A DNA stretch of 64,000 nucleotides from Methanocaldococcus sp. 16A (GTDB lineage Archaea > AGJL01 > Methanococci > Methanococcales > Methanocaldococcaceae): assembly GCA_049860595.1 (NCBI GenBank), contig CP187551.1. The stretch is one strand, 5' to 3'. A program made the position numbers and the translations under genes. How positions within the stretch are numbered: position 1 is the stretch's first letter; each line of letters opens with the position of its first letter. Below the pieces are notes generated by a model. It searched no databases. It saw nothing but the letters and a program-made list of their open reading frames with translations, and was not told the DNA's origin. Below are positions 57,754-64,000 of this stretch, piece by piece.

Positions 57754-59031
57754 TTATTTCCAATGTTCTAAAGCCTTTTTTAATTCTGCAACTTCTTCTG
57801 CTTTTTCTTCTAAAGATTTTTTCTCCATAACTGCCTCAATAGCAGCTCTCATTGCCTTAGCTCCAGCTGTAGTTCCATCTGGATGTCCGTGAATCCCTCC
57901 CCCTGCTTGAATAATTAAATCTGTGCCTAAAATCTCAACTATTTGTGGTACTAATCTTGGATGAACCCCTCCAGAAGATACTGGGAATACTGGTTTAATA
58001 TCAAACCACATCTGATTAAAGAACTTATGCTCATTATCTGCCTCAACTTTTTCATAAACAATCTCATCTCTAATTGCTTTAACCTCTTTTTCTTCACCTT
58101 CCATTTTTCCAACAACTGTTCCTATATGCAATTGGTCAACTCCCAACAACCTATAAATTTTAGCTAATACAAGCATAGATATTCCAAAATCTTTACTTCT
58201 TGTCATTGCTGCATGCATAGCTCTATGAGCGTGGATTATAAATTTGAAATCCTCTTCTCTAAATGATTGAACTGCTGAGAATCCACAAACAACGACATCT
58301 ATCATCACGTACTCACTTCCAGCATCTTCAGCAATTTCAGCCCTCTTTATCATCTCCCTATATGGAGCTGTTATATTTGGCATATATGCCTTTCTTTCTC
58401 CTGTTTCCTCTTCAGCTTTATCTCTCATCTCTAAGGTTTTATAAATTCTATCTTCAAATTTGTTGAATTCTTGAGAGGTTAAATTCTCATCATCTTTAAC
58501 AATATCTACCCCTCCAACCCACGCTTCATAAGCTACCTTTGCATGCTCTTCTGTCTTTAAACCAACCTTTGGCTTAACTATGGTTCCTAATAAAGGTCTC
58601 TCCTTAATTTTTAAAGTTTCTCTAACCCCATCAATTCCAAATCTTGGACCTTTATAGGCTTTGACAAACTCTTCTGGAAATCTAAAGTCCAATATCCTTA
58701 AACCTTTAGCTATCTTCATTCCAAATATGTTTCCTGCAATTCCTGCCAAAACTCCTGGCATGTTGTTTATTTCAAAATCATACAATGGATATGCAATTTT
58801 TATTAATCCAACTTTGTATTCCCCCTCTTTGTCAATCTCTTTAATTTCATATACTTTTGGTCTTAATTTTTCATAAATATCGCTTTTCATTGTTTGAACT
58901 TTTGTCCATGTTCCAATAGAACTTTCACCAGCAATTTCATTTGCCAATTTTTCTAAGTTTTCACCTTTAATTATCATACAAGACAATAAGTCATTTTCAT
59001 TTGGTGTGTAGTTTAAATTTATATAGTCCAT
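57754..59031 (-). CDS. rbcL: Form III RuBisCO
   Basis: GESSIGTW, KPKVG, KDDEN, HRAMH, SSGG. Confidence 0.96.
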   Translation of the reverse strand: MDYINLNYTPNENDLLSCMIIKGENLEKLANEIAGESSIGTWTKVQTMKSDIYEKLRPKVYEIKEIDKEGEYKVGLIKIAYPLYDFEINNMPGVLAGIAGNIFGMKIAKGLRILDFRFPEEFVKAYKGPRFGIDGVRETLKIKERPLLGTIVKPKVGLKTEEHAKVAYEAWVGGVDIVKDDENLTSQEFNKFEDRIYKTLEMRDKAEEETGERKAYMPNITAPYREMIKRAEIAEDAGSEYVMIDVVVCGFSAVQSFREEDFKFIIHAHRAMHAAMTRSKDFGISMLVLAKIYRLLGVDQLHIGTVVGKMEGEEKEVKAIRDEIVYEKVEADNEHKFFNQMWFDIKPVFPVSSGGVHPRLVPQIVEILGTDLIIQAGGGIHGHPDGTTAGAKAMRAAIEAVMEKKSLEEKAEEVAELKKALEHWK

Positions 59032-59214
59032 AATATAACCCCCCACATTGTTATCAATTATTTCATAATATTATTTTATTGACAACATTATATAAATACA
59101 TAGAGGCTGAAAACATTTAAAATGAAAGAAACAAATGTATAGTTAAGATAATATTCAAACTTTAAAATATCTTTTTATTTTTGTAGTGATTAAGATTTTT
59201 CAGCAGGTGAGATT

Positions 59215-60609
59215 ATGTTTATCAATGGGAAGTGGATAGACAGGGAAGATATAGATGTTATTAACCCATATTCATTAGAAGTTATTAAAAAAATCCCTGC
59301 TTTAAGTAGAGAGGAGGTTAAAGAAGCTATAGATACAGCTGAGGAATATAAAGAAGTTATGAAAAACCTCTCCATAACCAAAAGATATAACATCTTAATG
59401 AATATTGCCAAACAAATTAAAGAAAAGAAAGAGGAACTTGCTAAAATATTGGCTATAGATGCAGGAAAACCAATAAAACAGGCAAGAGTAGAGGTTGAAA
59501 GAAGTATTGGAACATTTAAATTAGCCGCTTTTTATGTTAAAGAGTTTAGAGATGAGGTAATCCCATCAGATGATAAATTAATTTTTACAAAGAGAGAGCC
59601 AGTTGGTATAGTGGGGGCTATAACACCATTCAATTTCCCTCTAAATTTATCAGCTCACAAGATAGCTCCAGCTATAGCTACTGGGAATGTTATTGTTCAT
59701 CATCCATCATCAAAATCTCCTCTTGTTTGCATAGAGTTAGCTAAAATTATAGAAAATGCTTTAAAGAAATATAACGTCCCATTGGGTGTTTATAATTTGC
59801 TAACAGGGGCTGGGGAGGTTGTTGGAGATGAAATAGTTGTTAATGAGAAGGTTAATATGATATCTTTTACTGGAAGTGTTAAAGTTGGAGAGATGATAAC
59901 TAAAAAAGCAGCTGGGTTTAAAAAAATTACCTTAGAATTGGGAGGGGTTAATCCAAATATTGTATTAAAAGATGCTAATTTAGAAAGAGCTGTTAATTCT
60001 TTAATAAAAGGAAGCTTTATTTACGCTGGGCAGGTTTGCATCTCTGTGGGGATGATTTTAGTTGATGAGAGTATAGTAGATAAGTTTATAGAGATGTTTG
60101 TAAATAAAGCCAAAGAACTTAATGTAGGAAATCCATTGGATGAGAAAACTGATGTTGGGCCATTAATAAGTGTTGAACATGCGGAATGGGTAGAAAAAAT
60201 TGTAGAAAAAGCAATTGATGAAGGAGGAAAATTGCTTTTAGGAGGAAAAAGAGATAAAGCTCTCTTTTATCCAACAATATTGGAAGTTGATAGAGACAAC
60301 ATTCTATGCAAAACTGAAACTTTTGCTCCAGTAATTCCAATAATTAGAGCTACTGAAGAGGAAATGATTGATATAGCCAACAGCACAGAATATGGGTTGC
60401 ATTCAGCAGTATTTACCAATGATATTAATAAAGCTTTAAAATTTGCTGAGCATTTGGAATTTGGAGGAGTAGTTATAAATGATTCATCATTATTTAGGCA
60501 AGATAATATGCCATTTGGAGGAGTTAAAAAAAGTGGGTTAGGAAGAGAAGGAATTAAATATGCAATAGAAGAGATGAGCGAAATAAAAACAATTATAATT
60601 TCAAAATAA
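59215..60609 (+). CDS. NAD-dependent aldehyde (lactaldehyde) dehydrogenase
   Basis: ITPFNFP, FTGS, ELGG, GQVC, ETFAP. Confidence 0.9.
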   Translation: MFINGKWIDREDIDVINPYSLEVIKKIPALSREEVKEAIDTAEEYKEVMKNLSITKRYNILMNIAKQIKEKKEELAKILAIDAGKPIKQARVEVERSIGTFKLAAFYVKEFRDEVIPSDDKLIFTKREPVGIVGAITPFNFPLNLSAHKIAPAIATGNVIVHHPSSKSPLVCIELAKIIENALKKYNVPLGVYNLLTGAGEVVGDEIVVNEKVNMISFTGSVKVGEMITKKAAGFKKITLELGGVNPNIVLKDANLERAVNSLIKGSFIYAGQVCISVGMILVDESIVDKFIEMFVNKAKELNVGNPLDEKTDVGPLISVEHAEWVEKIVEKAIDEGGKLLLGGKRDKALFYPTILEVDRDNILCKTETFAPVIPIIRATEEEMIDIANSTEYGLHSAVFTNDINKALKFAEHLEFGGVVINDSSLFRQDNMPFGGVKKSGLGREGIKYAIEEMSEIKTIIISK

Positions 60610-60627
60610 GTTTAATTTGGTGAGACT

Positions 60628-62124
60628 ATGGCTAAGGTAATTGTAAATGGAAAAGAAAAGGTTGGAGAAACTTTAAGAGATGTAATAAAGGATGAATATT
60701 ATAAAGAGGGAACAAATATTGTTATTATAAAAGGAATTAAAAGAGAAGCTGAAAAAATTCCAAAGAAATTTTTAATTAAAACAACTAAGGGGAATATAAC
60801 AATAGCAATAACTGAAGATAATGAAACAGCGAAATTTTTCATAAATAATTACAAAGATTTTGTGAAAAAGCTTAGATGGGTTAGTGGAATAGATTTGGCT
60901 TTTGGTTCAACAACAATTGACTTAGACATTTCAACTGAGCCAAAGGAGTTTAAAAAATGGGATGTTGTTTTAAGTATATCTGGTTTAGATAAAGATGAGG
61001 GGCATATTGTATTTATTAAGAAAAAAACTGAAGGAGTTTATGGATTAAAAGAGCCAAAAATTGGAATTATTGTTGGAGGTAAGTGGGTTATCGATAGATT
61101 GGAAGTTGGAGATAAAATTATTGATATAGAGCCAATTAGAGAGGAGAAAGAGGCCGTTGATTACTTAGTAACTACTGATTTAGATTTAAAATTAGAAGAT
61201 GGCTGGAAGATTTACACTTACTTTACAGTTGAGTTTGATGGAACTCCTTCAGCAGTAGAGCATTGTTTAGCTTTAATGGAGGAAGGAATATTTGAGATTT
61301 CTGAAAATACAAATACTTATGTTGCAGATTGTAGATTACAAACATTAAAAATTGAGGAAGGGAATTTAATTGATAGGGAGAGAGGCTTTATAACAGTAAG
61401 AAATTACGGAGTTGGAGAAGGTAAAGTTTATATCTATAGAGAGAGCAGAAGCTCCTCTCTATCTCATACAGTTGTTGGAAGAGTTAAGGAAGGAATAGAG
61501 CTTATTGATTTCTCTGACTCTGGAATTTTGTCAGTAAAGACAATTCCTGAGAGGTTGTGTGCTATTGGTTTAACTATAGAAGAAGCTGAGGAGATGTTTA
61601 AAAAATACAATATAGAGGTAGAGAAAGAGGGGGATATAGAAAATGCAATTGTTGTTGAGCAAGAGCCAGAATACACCTTAGATGTGTTAAAAGAAAAGAA
61701 AGTTAAAATTAGAGGATTGGATAAGAGTAAAATAGTTGTTATAGAGTTATATGAGGATAAAGCCCCAATAACAACATGGTATTTCAGAAAAACTACTGGA
61801 TTAACAACAAAAAGAGTAGGAAAATTACATGTTTATTTCAAACATAAAGATGTTATAATGTTTAAAGGAAATCCTGAATATGCTAAAGGTTTATTGCCTG
61901 AAAACACACCAACAGATAAAGTTGAACAATGTGTTATTGGAGTAACAAACATGGTTAGTAGGTATAAAGGGATGATTGGCGTTAGATTGGGAGAGAGTGA
62001 GAAATTTGGTCCTACAGGAGAGAGCTTTGAAAAAACAAACATTGTTGGGAAAATAGTTGAAAATGCTGAATATTTAAAAAATGTTAAAAGTGGGGAAGAT
62101 GTTTATTTATTGCTAAAAAAATAA
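60628..62124 (+). CDS. Methanogenesis marker protein 3 (cyclophilin-like domains)
   Basis: TVRN.G.G.GKVYIY, FGPTGE.F..TNIVG motifs. Confidence 0.85.
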   Translation: MAKVIVNGKEKVGETLRDVIKDEYYKEGTNIVIIKGIKREAEKIPKKFLIKTTKGNITIAITEDNETAKFFINNYKDFVKKLRWVSGIDLAFGSTTIDLDISTEPKEFKKWDVVLSISGLDKDEGHIVFIKKKTEGVYGLKEPKIGIIVGGKWVIDRLEVGDKIIDIEPIREEKEAVDYLVTTDLDLKLEDGWKIYTYFTVEFDGTPSAVEHCLALMEEGIFEISENTNTYVADCRLQTLKIEEGNLIDRERGFITVRNYGVGEGKVYIYRESRSSSLSHTVVGRVKEGIELIDFSDSGILSVKTIPERLCAIGLTIEEAEEMFKKYNIEVEKEGDIENAIVVEQEPEYTLDVLKEKKVKIRGLDKSKIVVIELYEDKAPITTWYFRKTTGLTTKRVGKLHVYFKHKDVIMFKGNPEYAKGLLPENTPTDKVEQCVIGVTNMVSRYKGMIGVRLGESEKFGPTGESFEKTNIVGKIVENAEYLKNVKSGEDVYLLLKK

Positions 62125-62161
62125 AAATAATTTTTTCTTTTTATACTTTTAATTATTAAAT

Positions 62162-62252
62162 ATAGGACTTTCACAAGAATGAATTTTTTATTATTAGTTT
62201 ATAAACTGCTTTAATATATAAAAAGTTGATATATAAACAGTCAAAGTTTCTA
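62162..62252. repeat. Degenerate copy of the palindromic/MITE-like element
   Basis: Left end ATAGGACTTTCACA; decayed right end CAGTCAAAGTTTCTA. Confidence 0.55.
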
Positions 62253-62256
62253 AAAG

Positions 62257-63369
62257 GTGAAATTGATGGAATTAACTCCATGGGAAACACCGGCAGTTAT
62301 TGATTATAAAAAAACAATGGAACAATTTGGAGTTAAGCCAATAGCTGATGTTTTGGATAATTTGAAAGAGGAGCATCATTTCTTTAGGAGAAATATTATA
62401 TTGGGGCATAGAGATTTTGGGAGAATAGTTGATGCTATAAAGAATAATAAAGAGTTTGCAGTAGTTAGTGGAATGATGCCTTCTGGAAAAATGCACTTTG
62501 GGCATAAGATGGTGGTAGATTTATTAAAGTTTTATCAAAAATACACTGACAATATAAATATCCCTATAGCTGATTTAGAGGCCTATTGGGCAAGAAACAT
62601 GAGCTTTGAAACAACAAAAGAACTTGCTTTAAATGAATATATAACCAACTACATAGCTTTAGGGTTGGAACCAGAAAAAATTAATGTTTATTTACAGTCA
62701 AAATATCAGAAAGTTAAAGATTTGGCTTTAATTTTATCTAAAAGAACAAATTGGAGTGAAATGAAGGCAATTTATGGATTTAAAGGAGAAACAAATATTG
62801 GACATGTCTTTGCCCCAATAGTTCAAGTTGCAGATATTTTACATCCTCAACTTGATGAAAATTTAAATCCAGAACCAAAACCCGTTGTTGTTCCCGTTGG
62901 AATAGACCAAGACCCGCATATAAGATTAACAAGGGATATCGCAAATAGGGCTAAGGAATTTAACTTCATCCCTCCTTCTTCAACCTATCATAGATTTATG
63001 ACTGGATTGTTAGGAGGAAAAATGAGCTCTTCAAAGCCAGAGACAGCAATTTTTTTAACTGATGATGAAAAAACTGTTAAAAAGAAGATATTCTCAGCTA
63101 AAACTGGAGGAAGGGAAACTTTAGAAGAGCATAAAAAATATGGAGGAATTCCAGAAGAATGTGTAGTTTATGAACTATTCTTATATCACTTAATCTTAGA
63201 TGATAAAGAACTTGCTGATATATATCAAAAATGTAAAAATGGAGAGCTAACTTGTGGTAAATGTAAAAAAATGGCTTATGAAATGGTTGTAGAGTTTTTA
63301 AAAGATTTGAAAGAGAAGAGAGAGCAGGCAAAGGAAATTGCCGTAAAAATCTTAGAAGGAAAGTGTTAA
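62257..63369 (+). CDS. trpS: Tryptophan-tRNA ligase
   Basis: HFGH (HIGH), VGIDQDPH, KMSSS. Confidence 0.95.
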   Translation: MKLMELTPWETPAVIDYKKTMEQFGVKPIADVLDNLKEEHHFFRRNIILGHRDFGRIVDAIKNNKEFAVVSGMMPSGKMHFGHKMVVDLLKFYQKYTDNINIPIADLEAYWARNMSFETTKELALNEYITNYIALGLEPEKINVYLQSKYQKVKDLALILSKRTNWSEMKAIYGFKGETNIGHVFAPIVQVADILHPQLDENLNPEPKPVVVPVGIDQDPHIRLTRDIANRAKEFNFIPPSSTYHRFMTGLLGGKMSSSKPETAIFLTDDEKTVKKKIFSAKTGGRETLEEHKKYGGIPEECVVYELFLYHLILDDKELADIYQKCKNGELTCGKCKKMAYEMVVEFLKDLKEKREQAKEIAVKILEGKC

Positions 63370-63378
63370 AATTTTATT

Positions 63379-64000
63379 TTAATTATCCTTCCTCTTTTTT
63401 AATAATTCAACTACAAAATCTTTCTTTTTAATTGCTTCATCACATGCTTTTTTAACCTTTTCTTTCATCTCCTCAAAGTTCTCAGGTTTTTTCTCACCAA
63501 CAACCTTTTTAACTGGTGTGTAGGCAGATTCTCTAAACATTGGTTTTAGTGGGATTTTTTTGTTTCCATCAACTAAATAACTCTCATTACCTTCTTCAAC
63601 ATATCCAACTTCTATAGCTCCAGTAACTTTTTTTATCTCTTTAGCATATTCTTCGGGACAAATAATCATTAGAGAGTCTGTAGAAACTCCAAGAGGGTCT
63701 ATGTTCAATGCCTCAAGCATTTCTAAAACCTTTGGATTAATTGTTTTATAAACCTTCTCTTTATCAAATATTAATGAAACTTTGGCTGTTTTTGAAATTT
63801 CATAAGCATCTCCTCTTAAACCACCATTTGTAACATCAGTCATTGCATGAATATTTTTAATTAAACCACTTCTAATCAAGTTTTGGCAAGCTTTTATAAA
63901 ATCTACATTTAAAGTTTCATAAATCACATCAAACCATCCGTAATATAGGGCAGTTGTCGTTATTGTCCCTCCTCCACTACCCTCTGTCATCAATATGATA
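63379..64000 (-). CDS. AIR-synthase/PurM-related protein, 5' end outside the window
   Basis: HAMTDVTNGG, DPLG.S.DSL motifs; frame open to the window edge. Confidence 0.8.
   Translation of the reverse strand, partial: IILMTEGSGGGTITTTALYYGWFDVIYETLNVDFIKACQNLIRSGLIKNIHAMTDVTNGGLRGDAYEISKTAKVSLIFDKEKVYKTINPKVLEMLEALNIDPLGVSTDSLMIICPEEYAKEIKKVTGAIEVGYVEEGNESYLVDGNKKIPLKPMFRESAYTPVKKVVGEKKPENFEEMKEKVKKACDEAIKKKDFVVELLKKRKDN

Overview
AT-rich archaeal chromosomal window. Gene content, GGTGA ribosome-binding sites and GAA/A SECIS elements indicate a hyperthermophilic Methanocaldococcus-type methanogen; the gene order resembles the M. jannaschii MJ1174-MJ1235 region (recalled, not aligned). Most genes are housekeeping: pyrG, aroC, pan, ribL/ribC, GAPOR, wtpA, leuA, thrS, r-proteins, hisG, dnaG, two tRNA-Gly, mat, P-type ATPase, aIF5A, pycAB, RuBisCO III and trpS. 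The centrepiece is the hdrA-vhuDGAUB-fwdB operon. It has five in-frame UGA (selenocysteine) codons in four genes, two of which (vhuD, vhuU) the ORF track misses, and each of the four genes has its own 3' SECIS. Each SECIS sits in extra RNA structure: a canonical K-turn under the hdrA SECIS, a three-way junction around the vhuD SECIS, and extra hairpins at vhuU and fwdB. Other notable items are a promoter-driven GC-rich ncRNA with C-rich anti-SD-like tracts divergent from hdrA, a K-turn/anti-SD switch in the L7Ae leader, a foreign-looking AbiJ/HEPN-like gene, a Pcc1-GNAT fusion, a kinase with no canonical start codon, a poly-A frameshifted membrane gene, repeated MVK mini-ORFs upstream of pycB, and a dispersed family of short terminal-inverted-repeat elements. 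No CRISPR array, rRNA or intact transposase was seen.
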